Source: the human T2T-CHM13v2.0 reference genome, Homo sapiens. From it: a DNA stretch of 64,000 nucleotides. Positions 28,421 through 44,002 of the stretch are shown here, one piece after another. The notes under the pieces are model-generated. The model had not been told where the DNA came from, searched no databases, and was given only the letters and a program-made list of their open reading frames with translations. The stretch lies in NCBI RefSeq assembly GCF_009914755.1, contig NC_060932.1; one strand, given 5' to 3'. The position numbers were made by a program, and so were the translations under genes. The stretch's first letter is position 1. Each line of letters starts with the position of its first letter.

Positions 28421-29065
28421 TGATGGGTAGGTTAGTAAGATGCACCTCCGTGATGTTCACTTCCTGGCATTTACACCCTTATGGGATCACCTTCCATGTG
28501 CGTTGGCTCCATAGTGAGCTCTGAAGCAGACACTTCTCTTACAAGACTTCAGATGAGATAGCAGATGACCCTTGAGAGCATTTTTAGAAATCCAGTACAT
28601 TCTAACCCACACTAATCACATGCTGAGGACTCAGCACATGTCAGTCACATGCTGAGGGCTGGCTCAACACACAAAGATGTCCCAACCAGAGGCCCATGCC
28701 AGCTCTCCCCTACCCTGCACCCCATCTCACACCACTCAGACAGGCACAGGCTGTACAGACAAGTTATTTACTTCTTATTATAACCTTGGGCCCTTTCTGC
28801 CCTGGAAAGTGGGGGTGGGCAAGGAGGCTGGGCCCAGCATGCACCCCCACTTCTTTAGGGGCTGATCCCTCCTACAGTATCAGGCGGGTGGTGGCAGGGG
28901 TAGAGGTTGGAGAGTAGGGGAGAAAACCAAAAAAAAAAAAAAAAACAGGATGAAGACCCAGCTATGCCACATGTGGACTCCTGACATACAGAGATTATAG
29001 GATAATAAATATTTAGTTAAAGTCACAAAGTTTTGGGGTATTCTGTTACACAGCAATAGGGAACT
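28421..29065 (+). mobile_element. MLT1-family MaLR LTR split by a non-LTR insert (about 28580-28945)
   Basis: Start tgatgggtaggttagtaagatg ... cttcagatgaga; end gacccagctatgcc ... gactcctgac ... gttacacagcaatag. Confidence 0.75.
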
Positions 29066-29490
29066 GTATTAGTTTCCTAAAATTCCAAAATTTCCTAAAA
29101 CAATTTCAAAGCAAATTACACAAACTTGGTGCCTTCAAACAACAGAAATTCATTTTCTCACAATTCTGTGGCCCATTTGTCTGAAATCAGATGCCAGCAG
29201 GATACATCCCTCTGGACTCTGTAATGCAGAAGCCTTGTCTCTTCCAGCCTCTGGTGGCTGCCAGCATTCCCTGGCTCACAGCCACATCACACTGACCTCC
29301 GCTTCTGTGGTTACATTGCTTCTTTCTGTGTGTGTCACTTATCAGAACACTTGTCATTGGTCCCAGGGCCCACTCAGGTATTCCAGTCTGACCTCAAGAT
29401 CTTTAACTGAAGTAGATCTGCAAGGACCCTTTATCTGGTTCCAGGTTTTCCATGTGGATATTTTGGGAGGAGCATTTTTGGCCTACCACA
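29066..29490 (-). mobile_element. MLT1C-like MaLR LTR
   Basis: tgtattagtttcct ... aaacaacagaaatt ... cttccagcctctggtggctgccagcattcc ... cctaccaca. Confidence 0.85.
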
Positions 29491-30659
29491 AGAACTATCT
29501 GGCAGGTGAACAACATGATTAGATTTAGACAGTTCTGTCTGATTTTTGTGCAATGTCTCCTATAGCAGTTCAGTTTCAAAGCCTTTGCTTTGTCATTTGG
29601 GTGTTCCACACGTGCATTGCTTGGGGTGGGCCCAGAGCTTCTTGCAGTTCACACATAAAATCGGGATATCGCCTCCTTCCCTTCACTCCTAAGTGGGAGT
29701 TCCCCACTCTTACTGGATCGCAGCATCACTCTCTTTGGTCTTCTCTCCAGAAATCCAAGGCTCTTCTCAGAGTTTAGTTTCCTGTACTGATGCACATTTC
29801 CTCATGACTGGAGAAAACAGCATGAGAAAAGGAGAGAAGAGTGGGGATCCCTCATGCCACAAAAACTAATTTTTCCAGAACCTTTAGATAGAGGGTGGAT
29901 TTTCTCTCTGAGTTTCCAGCTGGCCCGGCTGCCCCAGGCTCCATGGCAGCAGCTGCATGGCCAGGGGGGCCTTGGAGTCAGCTCAGGAACCAAAACAAAG
30001 GAACAGTAACAGAGATGTCTTCCACAGCTGTTGGCTCGCAGAGGCCTCTTCCCAGGTCTCTGATCAGCAAGACATGCTCTCTCAGAGTTTTTGTTTGTTG
30101 TCCATGACTTAATTTGTCTTGACCTCAAGTCCATGCTGGGAGATAAAGGAAGCAAGAAAAAGAAAGGAAAACAAAATAAAAACAGGTAAACTCCTGTTTG
30201 CCATATTAATCATTATTCAATTTTTACTTCTTTCAAAAAAGTTCTTGCTATTATTTATTGTACAATGTTCTCAGATAGTTAGTTGCCTTTTGCATTTTAT
30301 CTAGTGCATTGAGGTATAACCGGTGGGAAAGATGGCTGCAGTGTTTTTTTTTTCCTTCTTGGCTCTAACTGGAAGCAATAGATACTTTTAATAGAAAACA
30401 AAATATAAGAAACAAAACAACTACATGATATTTGTAGAGTATCAGAAAAAAATAACTGCTATTATACCTTGGAAATATTTTTTAAAAGTCCTGATAAAAT
30501 AAATTTATTTTCAGACAAATAGAAAAATAAAGAAAATTCAACAAAATAAAGATTTACTAAAAGAAATATTCAGGGTACTTTTAAATTTTTTGTATTTTTT
30601 ATTTATTCAACAAATATTTATTGAATACTTGCCTATGATGTGTCAGATACTGTGTTCTA

Positions 30660-30795
30660 TTTTTTTGTTTGTTTTGTTTTCAACTTTTATTTTAGAAACA
30701 GGAAGTACATGTGTAGGTTTGTTACAAAGGTGTATTTTGTGATGCTGAGGTTTAGAGTATAATTGAAACCATCAACCAGGTGGTGAGCAAAGTAA
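30660..30795 (-). mobile_element. Short L1PA/PB 3' fragment inserted in an L2 tail (L2 from about 30597)
   Basis: caacttttattttag ... gtacatgtgtaggtttgttaca ... gctgaggtttag; preceded by attcaacaaatatttattgaatac. Confidence 0.8.
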
Positions 30796-31324
30796 GGGGT
30801 GCTATTTCAGGCAAAGAAAAATCATGCCAGATAGAGGCTTGGAGATGTCAGAAGGAGTAAATAGTACAGGAGAAAATGAATACATAGATGAATCTAGATG
30901 AACATTGTTTGTATTAAAATGGGAATAATTTCTTGTAGTGTTTAGATAAATAAACAAAATTAAAATATATTGCAAAAGCAATAACAAAAATATCCAAAGG
31001 AAGCAAATGTAATTAGTATTAAATTTTGTTATGTCAAAATGGATTGTTTGTTTCCTAGAGAAAGCCTTAACTAAGTAGCCAGAATGTGTATCTTCTAAAT
31101 TAACAAAGGAATAAGTGAAAAAATAATGCTAATACCTACTAAAAGAAGTTCATAAAAAAATAAAAAAAGAAAGCAAACTAGAGCAGGTTGAACAAATAGT
31201 AAGCATACAGTAAGATGATGATTTATATCCAAGTATAAGATACACTTTTTACAAGAGGAATTCTAAAGATATTGGAAGATTGAAAGTCAAAATTTAGAAA
31301 AATACCTTGCACCTGAAAAAATAA

Positions 31325-32622
<1,298 letters not shown>

Positions 32623-32724
32623 TTGACATAATTAGAATATTTCTCTAAGTGTTTAATAACTAAATGGATTTGAAGCTTTTAGACTGACATTATGACATTT
32701 TAAGTAATGCTTCCATGTAACTGA

Positions 32725-33091
32725 ATGATTTGGTTTGTTCTGTGTCCGCATCCAAATCTCATCACAAATTGTAATCCCCATGTGTCAGAGGAGGGACCTG
32801 GTGTGAGGTGATTGGATCATGGGAGTGGTTTCCCCCATGCTGTTCTCATGATAGTGAGTGAGTTCTCATGAAAGCTGATGGTTTTAAAAGTGTGTGGCAG
32901 TTCCCCCTTTGCTGTCTCTCTCCTGCTGCCTTGTGAAGAAGGTGCTTGCTTCTCCTTTGCTTCCACCATGATTGTAAGTTTCCTGAGGCCTCCCCAGCCA
33001 TGAGGAACTATGAGTCAATTAAACCTCTTTCCTTCATAAATTACTGAGTGTCAGGTATTTCTTTATAGCAGTGTGAAAACAGACTAAAACA
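32725..33091 (+). mobile_element. Solo THE1D-like MaLR LTR
   Basis: tgatttggtttg ... ccaaatctcatc ... gagtcaattaaacctcttt ... atagcagtgtgaaaacagactaa. Confidence 0.92.
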
Positions 33092-33878
33092 GTTAATTTA
33101 CAAATTAAATAAATATGTATTTTAAAAACCAGAAAAAAGGAAAAAATACAGTGCAAACCATAAAAGAAAGGTTTGTAGCTTTGTTAATACTAGGCAAAGC
33201 AAACTTCACAGCAAATATATTACTAAATATAGATATGGTCACTTCATAATAATAAAAAAGTTTAATGCACTAGGAAACAAATGCAAACATCATGTCACAT
33301 GGGCTTAAATATATCTAGATGGAATTGAAAATATAGACTGATGAGAAAGTAAAAATCATGAAATCTCAGAACTAGAGACACAAAATGGTTAAGGCCTGGC
33401 TATGAGGAAACTGAAAGTAAAATAATAGATTACGGAATCAGAAGAAGAAAATAAAATTCATGCTCAGCCTTTATTTTAACCTATAGGGCTAGTCATTATC
33501 ACATTATTCCATCATACACAAGCGACATTTCCCATTGAACTATTCATTCAGTACTAGGTGTCTAGAATGTCTCCCCAGCCTGAGCTGGACATTAGAACTC
33601 ACTTTAATTATCTGTCTTCTATAACCTTTCAGCTTTCCTCACTGTCATTCCTTAGGGTCAAAATAGTCCTGTGAAGATTCTCGCCATCCAAAATCCATCT
33701 TATATATGTCCTTACCCAAAAAAGATAACTGTTCATACATTTTAAAGACTCCTAAAATTTTCTGATTTATAAGTTACAATGTGTAACTGGAAAGCAATTT
33801 GAAAAATGTTATTTTGTCAATAATTCAAAACTGACATTTTATCTTGGTTTCATCTTATAAGATTTAACTCTACCCATC

Positions 33879-34378
33879 TGTGGTAGGAAGAATAATGCCC
33901 ACGCAAAGATGTCTATGTCCTAACTCCCAGAACCTGTGACAATTCCATGTCATATGGCAATAGAGAATTAAGGTTACAGATACCATTAACATTGCTAATC
34001 AGCTGGCCTTAAAATGGGGAAATTAGCCTAGATTATCCAAGTGGGTCTAATGTGATTCTCTACAAGTGTAAGAAGTCAAAGTGAGAGAACAAGAGACAGC
34101 AGTGAAAGAGGAACTGAACCCAGTATTTCTGGCTCTGAAGATGGAGAAGGGAATGCAATTCAAAGAAAGCAGTAGTCCAATAGCAGTGAAAGGCTGCACT
34201 TCTACTCTAGAGCCTCCAGAAAGCAGCACAGCCCTGCCAACACCTCAATTTCTCCCCTGTTTGATTCATTTAGGACTTATGACCTACAGAACAGTATGAT
34301 AATATATAAATGTGTGGGTTTTTCTTAAACCACCTTAGTTTGTAGGAATTTGATATGACAACAATAGAAACTAATACA
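33879..34378 (+). mobile_element. MLT1D-like solo LTR
   Basis: tgtggtaggaagaataatgccc ... aaagatgtctatgtcctaa ... ctagagcctccagaa ... caatagaaactaataca. Confidence 0.88.
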
Positions 34379-35494
34379 ACATATCTTTATCCAGTTGCAT
34401 GTTTTCACTTAATGTAAAGTTCACAGTTTAATTTGAAAATCATGCCTTTAACTCATGTCATATGTAGCTTTTTCAGAATAACCATAAAATGTACTTGCAT
34501 ATGTTAGAAAACAACCTAACATTTACGTTATTAATTAGTCCCAGTGCAAATCAGCCTATAGTAATACCACTAGAGTTCCTAAATACTTAATTTATAACCA
34601 ACTGACATCATCAGAGAAACAATGATCAGAATCGTTGCATTCACGCAGTCTGAGCAAGGACTGTCTTTGGAACTGGGAAGCAGTGTTGGCTCTCAGTGCC
34701 TGGATAAACATGGCTAGAAGCTTTCAAATATCACAGGAAACCAGGAGGGAGAAGCCACACAAGACGAGAATAAGGAACTGCTGTCCCTGAAGAGCAGACA
34801 AGACTGTTGAATTGTCAGGCAGTCACAACTGAGAAAGACGGCAACTGATCCCTGAGAGTGTCTGTGAAGATGGGGCCTAGTGCTGGCTGGCTCAGATCAC
34901 ACAGCAACTACTGCCTGTATCCTTGTATTTCCAGTACTTAACACAGCCCATATGGAGCAAATAAGAAGTGAATGAATGAGTCCCTTATCAATCAACAGTT
35001 GTTTGAAGGAAACATTGCTGAGAATGTAAAGAAAAATGAAGACAGAAGAGAGAAAAACACATTTAGCTACAGTAAGCACTGCAATAAGAGATTCACATGT
35101 ACTACTCCTTAAATTCTTACATGTTCCGTGGGGCCACTGTGCTTTAGAGTAGGGAAAAGTTGCTGTGGTCATGAGGAAACAGAGGTGCTGTCCATGGTAG
35201 ATGTTCCCTGTGTTTCTGGGTGTAGTTCCTTTTGTCCATCATAAATCTCTGTCTCTCATAATGAAATGTCTGATAGACAAATTTTTTTTAAATAAATTTT
35301 GTTTCTATAACTCACTGAGTCACTTTCTAAGTGGCAAGTACAGAAAAATACAGTGTAGCAGAGCAATTGGAAATAAGTGGACTTTAAAGCACATATCTAG
35401 TTGCAAATCAAGACAAATAGTTTTGAACAGGTACCATGTACAACAACTTGGAGTCTCCTAAGAATACATTGACTTGTGGTTTCCTAAAACCTTC

Positions 35495-35930
35495 TTACTG
35501 GAAGGTATCAGGAGATTATCTAGCCCCATTTCCTGCCCAATTAGAAATCTCTCCTGAAAAGATTCTTTCAGACAGCTCTCTCCTGGAAATCTTTCAATGA
35601 CATAGAAAGCCATTGCTTCACAATATAGCAATTAAATTTTTTGACAACTTAATATTAGGAAATACTTTTACTGAATAAAAATCTCTCTCATTACATTCAT
35701 CCATTTGTACTAGTTCTGATTTGAGAAAGACACACAATAATCCAACTTTCTTTTTCAAAGACACACAATAATTCAACTTTCTCTTCCTCCAGCATACAAA
35801 TACAAGTGTCACATGTTGCAGTCCGTTTTTTTTTTTTAAAATAGAAATATCACTGACTCCTTTCTGTTTCTCTCTGACATGTCATCCAAGACTTTCCTTG
35901 TCCTGGTCGCTGTCTCTGGATGTAGAAGCC
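35495..35930. mobile_element. L3/CR1 LINE remnant
   Basis: ggaaggtatcaggagattatctagcccc ... tttttgacaacttaatattaggaaa ... catccatttgtactagttctg resembles the L3 3' region. Confidence 0.55.
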
Positions 35931-36689
35931 CTTTAGAATAAGTAGAGTGATAATATAATTAACTTTGTATTATTGTAATTGTCATGAGCTCAAATATTTT
36001 TGAGATTCATTATAGTTTGATGTATATTTACTGATTTTGTACAATAATATATAAACATATATAGAAAACAACAACCTTACATTTTATTATAATGATCAAT
36101 GAAGGATCATATTTTCACATTACCTGATATTGCACCTCATGGTGGCAATAGTAAATAAAATTCAAAGTTTGAATAGTTATTTTGCATTTAAACTCATGTA
36201 TGGGCCAGAAAGCCCAATTCTTGTGCTGGCTGCACAAATTACTAAATACTCAAAGGGATGAAAGCCCCTCCCTCCCATACTCAAGTATTTACATGAAAAT
36301 CTAGCTTCTCAGTTTTTTACTTTTCAAAGACTGAGATTTTAGTGTTGTTGCCTTCTTTCTTAGCTTACAATGATATTTAAGATGTTTAACAGAAGTGTTA
36401 AATATCATAGTCTATAAGTTTTTTTAAAGATTAATAATTCATTAAACACTAACAGAAGGCTAGTTTTTGCCTTATATCTTTGAAAATAATGCCATACAAT
36501 GAGGACTTCAAATGCAATATTGTGGATGTTACAATCTCCAATAAAAATATGCTATTATTAAAAATGTCCTTTCTTTCTTAATTTTGTTTATTAATGTGTA
36601 TAGCAATCTTCTTCCAGCGTTAAGAAGGGAAAGTGGAAAATATACAACTTTGGAGTGGACAAACCTAACAAACGCTACTGCAGCTGGGT

Positions 36690-37212
36690 GGTTAACGTCA
36701 ACTGTGATGTCAAATTAATAATATGTACCCTTGATATGATGTAACAAAAATGGCCCTTTGCCTCTGTGATTTTCGTCCCCAAATCCATAATCCTAGTCTC
36801 ATCATGGAAAGATAGTGGACAATCCCAACTGATGAACATTCTACAAAATACCTGACCAGCACTCCTCAAGACTGACAATGTCTTCAAAAATAAGGAAAAA
36901 TTAAACTGTTATAACCTAGAGATGCCTAAGGGGACCTGTTGAATAAATGTGCATCAGTCCAGTTGGGATCCAGGAACAGCAAAAAAAAAATGTTTGGTAA
37001 AACCTGTGGAAATCTGAAAAGAGTATGGACTTTCGTTAATATTAGTGTATTCATATCATTGTATTATTAATCATAATAAATGTGTCATTGTTATGAAATG
37101 TAAAATGCCAATAATAGGGGAGACTAGCTGTGTGGTATATGGCAACTCTGTTCTATAACTGTATGTTTTTTGTAAATCCAAAACTGTCCTAATATTAAAA
37201 AGTTTACTTAAA
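36690..37212 (+). mobile_element. L1MC-type 3' end
   Basis: atgtacccttgatatgatg ... cctctgtgatttt ... aacattctacaaaatacctgaccag ... tgtaaatccaaaactgt. Confidence 0.8.
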
Positions 37213-37289
37213 TATATTCATATATATGTATAATTAAGTTAACCCCAGGTATTAACAAACTTGTGAGATGCTTATCAGCTTCCTGATGT

Positions 37290-37620
37290 ATTCATCCATG
37301 TATTAATTCAGCAAACATTTTGTGAGAGCTTACTGTGTCAAGTTGTTAGGGAGCAGGACTGTAATATTGAGCAAAAAATGGTTAGTCTCTGCCTTCGTGG
37401 AGCCAAGAGTCTAGTTGGGAAGGGAGACACTAATCAAATTAGCACATAAGCAAATGTGAAATTACAACATTCATAGATAATATGAATAAGTGCTATGAGA
37501 GGTTGATTCTGTAGCTATCCAGGAGTATGAGGACAATTTCCTAAAGTTTATATATAAACAATGAGTAAGAATAAAATAAGAGAATTGGTGGGAAAATATA
37601 TTTTACGCAGAGGTAATAAA
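37290..37620 (-). mobile_element. L2 3' end
   Basis: attcagcaaacattttgtgagagcttactgtgtc ... tctctgccttcgtggagc ... tctagttggga. Confidence 0.75.
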
Positions 37621-39394
37621 AGGTACCTATTCAGGAAAAAAAGTAAAGAGATACAATCATAGCAATGGATATTATTTTTTTACGGAAATTTTCACTTGTC
37701 TAGGGTAAAATGAAAATGTTTAATATAAGTGAATTTTTCATAAGACTCAATTTATTTTTTAAGGATAGGTCTTTAATTTTATATATTGTCTTCTTACATT
37801 TATGGAGTTAAATGTCCATCCTCTTATCAAATGATGGTAATCATAGAAAAATTTTGTTTTGTCTGGTATCCTTGCTTAATAAAAGAAAAGGCTATTTAAT
37901 CAATGTCATTACTGTTGAAAGGTTTAATACTCCAACAAATACACTCCTCAAAATCATTGACCCAGAATCTTTACAGATAGGGCAAATCTGCATATAGTCC
38001 CAAAACAACCGGAAACTTTGAGATTAAAACCAGGTCACTGAATCCTGAGGCTGGAAGAAAATGATGATGTTATCAGCAGAATACTAACCATGACAAATGG
38101 GTCAAATTTTGGAAAATCACAGAAACCATTTCCACAAGTCTCTAGAAGTCTGGTCTTTTATAAGTCTACAACGTTTGTGATATTAATTGACCAAGTAATA
38201 AAACTATCACACACACACACACTTGAAATATAGTAGGAAAAACAAATATTTATCAAAATTTAGGCAGCATAAAAGACAGAGGTCTGTATGACTGAGTTGG
38301 GAAGCATTACAAGCAACCAGTATTAAAAGGTATTTGGATATGCTGGATCTGAAAAGAGGAGGAAGTATAACCTCAAAACTCTCCATTGTTTAATCAATCA
38401 AGGGAGCAAAGTCTACTGTTTTGTTTTGTTTTGTTTTTCAGAAGTCTTTTTGTGTTGTGGAAAATGCATGAGTTTGATGTTATCAAACTTGGGAACTTGG
38501 GTACAAAATCCTAGCTTCTCTAGTTACTAGTTATGTGTACTTGACTTCAATTTGCTCCTTAGAAACAGAAACTAGGTAACTTTAAGTTACTGTGAGCATT
38601 CAATCTAAAAAGTGCTTTAAACATTCTGTCCCTTATATGATGCTGAAACATTTGCAATTTTTCTTCTTTCCAGTTGAATTCTAAATTAAATGATGTAATC
38701 CATAAACCATCAATAAATGGCAGCCTCTATTTGTTTATTGTATAAGAGTTTACACATCTTTGTTGATGGAATAATAGTCTTTGGGATTCTCAAGAATCAT
38801 TATTTGGGTAATAGAATGTTGATGAAACTGGACAAAATTAGTTGAAATAAAATTGTGGCATCTTAAGCAGCTATGATCTTTGCCAAGTGATACATCTGTA
38901 CTGCAGTTTCCTCCTCTGTAAAAGAGACAGAGAGGAGGCAGGTAAAATGCTAACCTCCCTTTCAGCTAGCACTTCATGAATCAATCCTTCCCAATTATGC
39001 TTTCCTACTGGAATACTGAAATTAATACCAATCTGTAAATAGAGATAATTTTACATGACATTTCTATTAAGGTTACTTACAGATGTAAAGGAATCTCCTC
39101 TTTGATTCTGATTCTTCCCTATATACCCTATATGTGTTGTTTATTTAGATATATTTTGTTACTTTGAAACATATGTGTATGTGTATAAATGTATATGTAT
39201 CTATATAGAAATATACATATACATACACATATGTATATGAGATATTATTCTAGCCTTAAAACAAGAGAAACTCTATGTATCGGTGGAGTAAACTGTTGTT
39301 TTTCCCCACCTGACAAGAATTCTAGATGGTAGCATTTGCTAACTATATTTCAGTGTGATGGTCAAATTAATAATATGTACAAGAACCAATTTCC

Positions 39395-40530
39395 TTTATT
39401 TTTTAAATTAATGTTTTAAATGGATAATGAACTCATTACAATTGTACATTTTAATGGGGTACATTGTGATGTGCCAATTCATGTAAAGATTGTATAATGA
39501 TCAAATCTAGGCATTTTTTACAGTCATTACATTAAACATTTGTCATTTCTTTGTTTTAATAACATTCAAAATCTTCTATTTTAGCTACATTGAGATACAC
39601 TTTACATTGTTATTTGCTCTAGTCACCCTACTATATAATAGAGCACCATATCATTCTTCCTTCCTGTATCTCTGTATTCATTGGTCAACCTCTCCCAATT
39701 CTCCCCTTCTCTTTCCCTTCCCCAGGTTCTGGTAACCAATAACCAATATTCTACTCTCTACTTCTGTGAAAACAACTGTTTTAGATTCTACATATGAATG
39801 AGCTCATGCAATGTCTGTCTTTCTATGCCTGGCTTATTTCACTTAATACATTGTCCTTCAGGTTCATCCATGTTGCAGCAAATGTCAGGATTTCATTATT
39901 TTTAATGGCTGAATAGTATTCCATTGTCCATGTTTGTGTGTGTGTGTGTGTGTGTGTGTGCTATCTATTTATCCATCTATCTATCTACCATTGTGAATAG
40001 TGCTGCAATAAACATGGGAGTACAGATATCTCTTGGATAAACTGATTGTCCTTTGGATATATACTCAGTAATGGAATTGTTGAGTCATATGGTAGTTCTG
40101 TTTTTACTTTTTGAGGAACCTCCCTACAGTTTTTCACAGTGGCTGTACACTCCCACCACTGGTGTGTGAGGGTTCTCCTTTCTCCACATCCTCGCCAGCC
40201 TCTGTTATTGCTTGTCTTTTTGATAAAAGCTGTTTTAACTGGGGTGAGATTATATCTCATTGTGGTTTTATTTTATATTTCTCTGATGATTAGTAATGGT
40301 GACAATTTCTTCATATACCTCTTGGCCATTCATATTTCTTCTCTTAAGAAATATCTATTTAGGTCTTTTGCCCATTTTTTAATCTGATTTTTTTAGTTGA
40401 GTTATGTTCCTTGAATATTCTGGGTATTAACTCCTTGACAGATGCATAGTTTGCAAATACATCTGTAGGTTGTTTCTTTACTTTGTTAATTGTTTTCTTT
40501 GCTGTGAGGAAGCCTTTTAGTTCAAAGCAA
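39395..40530 (-). mobile_element. L1MA-type 3' fragment containing (TG)n at about 39935-39960
   Basis: atggggtacattgtgatg ... ttagattctacatatgaatgag ... tttttgaggaacctcc ... tttaactggggtgaga. Confidence 0.9.
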
Positions 40531-40559
40531 TTCCATTCATCGCTCCATCTTCTATCTAT

Positions 40560-40930
40560 CCACATCATTTATTTCCTATCATCTGTAGAGTATTGGCTTT
40601 TATCTTATGGCCTTCAAGTCCTGGTCATGGAGGGCGACAACAGCTACAAACATCACTTCAGTTTCAGGAAGGAAAGAAAAGGAAGAGGGATGAGTAGAAT
40701 CAGCCACACCTGTCCCCTTGTATCAGGTAAGAGAAAATTTCCCAGAAACCCTTTTGGTAGTTCTTCTCATTCTGTTTAACAAAATCCATGACAATTCTTT
40801 ATGGGGTCGGGTAAGACAAGTTTGGCCAGTACTTAACTTTCCTATCCTCTGTAGTGCCATATGACACAGAAGTGGTGGCTGTGAATAGCTTCTGGATCAG
40901 TCAGTCAGTAGTATTTACCACATTGCTTAA
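40560..40930. mobile_element. Old MLT1-type LTR remnant
   Basis: cagctacaaacatcac ... caggaaggaaagaaaaggaagagg ... tttcccagaaaccc pattern; weak. Confidence 0.45.
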
Positions 40931-41906
40931 TACGGAAGATGTATTAATTCTAAAGAAAAAGCACGGATAGCCAGTCCCTCTGTGGGATGAACACAGCCCT
41001 TCAGGATTCACAGACACACACACAAATAATTTAATCAGTTATTAGAGTGTATTCTACAGGCATTTCACCCATCTTTCTATATTTTACACACTTACGTGCA
41101 GAAGTGAAAAAAAAAAACTGTTTGGAAGCTATATATTTAATCCATAGAGATCTGCTGTACTACCACTTGCAAGTTAAAAAATCATTTTTTTTCCATAAAA
41201 GCGTTGGTTTTGAAAAGCAAAAAAAAAATCAAAAAACAAAAAACAAACAAAAAACAAAAAAAAAACCTTCTATTCTGTCTGCCACATTGAAAAGGCTCAA
41301 CAAAGCTTGTAGGTGAATTGAAAATCATGATGGAATAAAGACTAACAGAAGGAAGATTTACCAAAAATGAACTAAAGACTGTGATTAGAGGTTGTGGAGT
41401 GTGGTGCTGACAGGCATGGGTGTCACTGAAGCTGACATTTTCTTCCTTTTTTATAGCCGCTGACATTTCTGAGTCCTAAAGTCTACTTTTTAGCATTAGT
41501 ATGTTGCTGTCTGCTTGTCTGCATTGTTATTCTTTATCCACCAAAATGTGAATGTCAGACAAAGAGGTGCCAACCAAAAATGGGTTAGTGTGAGTGAAAT
41601 AAATAATTGCAGAGAGAGTCATTTAAGTCAGAATAAAAGCAAGGGCAAGTTTGGGCACTGCACTGCATTCAGATTCTTAACAATCATATTTTTACATTTT
41701 ACATAATTAGAGTTTATGTCAAGAAGTATGTCAGGAAAGTAAAATATTTCAGTAAAATAGCCTGCTTTGTAGCTTGGAACAGTACTCACCGGAACTTAAT
41801 TTTTTTAACAAGTTTTAATATTGGAAATTATCAGCTGATTTTTATTTACCACAACCCAAAACATCTGCGTTGATTTCCTCTCCTTCGGATATATACTCAC
41901 TAATGA

Positions 41907-42611
<705 letters not shown>

Positions 42612-42734
42612 TCTTATTTTTAATTTTTGAAGAACCTCCACACAGTTTTCCATAGTAGTTGCACGAATTTACACTCCCACCACCAGCGTACAAGCGTTCC
42701 CCTTTCTCTACCCCTTCGCCAGCATCTGTCATAA

Positions 42735-43380
42735 TAAAATGGAGCAGTTTTCCTGAACATAGTTTCCTTCCCTCTGCCTCCACCACCCTTTTGTCCAATG
42801 AGCCCTGCCTGCCTGCCCCCATGCCCCTCTTTGCTTTGCTTGTCTTTCTGGCCAGGGCAGCTCCAGCTATTAGCGTTTCAGCAGCCGTGGAACTATGACC
42901 CTGCACAGGGGCCACCCCATAGCATACCAACGCTGCTATCTCCTTCAGTGCCTAGGGCTGGAGTTAGCATGGCCTTCATCACACCCAAAGAGACCGAAGC
43001 TAACTCCCTGGGACCTGCCTCCTGTCCCGGGCTCAAGAGAACACAGCAGGAATGTGGGGTAATTGATCCCCAGGTGACATACTTTGTCCAGTGAAAGACC
43101 AGGGCAAAGAAACAGCCTGCTGATAAATTTGCTCACTCTTGCTCAATAGACGAGCTGTTTGGATTTGGGAGTGCAGTGATGGCACAGGCCCCAGAGCCAA
43201 AGCACACTTAATGAAGCAGTGCTTCACTGAGAAGCTGAGGCCAGTTCAGGGATCTGAGAACTCCCACTTCATATTTGTTTTCTGCTGGCCTGCCTTGCTG
43301 GCCTTCACCTATGACCCTAAGTTCCTTAGGCTCAAATATCTTCCCTAATCAATTGTTAACATGTGAGACTTTGCCTCACA
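42735..43380. mobile_element. Probable old ERVL-class LTR
   Basis: GC-elevated block ending in tcaca, with LTR-like passages (gatccccaggtgacatactttg; gagaactcccacttc). Family not certain. Confidence 0.4.
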
Positions 43381-43965
43381 CTCTATTTCTACAGAAGCAG
43401 GACTAAGGAAACAACTTTCACCTCTAAATGTTCATTGCAGAGTACTGAATATTCCCTAGGTGATTCGCTCTCACCTCCTACCAGGCATAGGAGTAAAGAG
43501 GTGTAAGTGAATTGTGTTAAGCAGTAGATGAAAGGCCATTAGAAAATTACAAAAGAAATCACTTTGAGTGGGCAGTTGCTCCACTGAACATGTTTTAGAA
43601 ACCCCTCATTCTAAAATGGAGCTTCAAAGCCAAGGACCCCTGATGAGGGAGCAGAGGTGGTCACACACGTCACTTGAGGGTGCTTTGAGCTTCTTATGTA
43701 TGAACACTGTGCATTTCATTTATAGAATACTGGCTAATAATATACCAATGGTAAAACTATTTTCTTCACCTGTGACTAAAAGTAATACTGATAAACAAAA
43801 AACAATTTTTATTATTTCCTGAAGCCCACGGTGACTGTGCTAGGTAGGTACACCTGCCCCTATGAGAAGATTCCCCTCCTTCTCATACTCCTATAGCATC
43901 TTGTTATAATACTCGTCTCAGAGACTTAGGATTATTTATTGTATGTTTGTTTCTATCACCTATTT

Positions 43966-44002
<37 letters not shown>
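43966..44002. repeat. (TA)n(GA)n compound microsatellite
   Basis: Directly visible. Confidence 0.95.
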
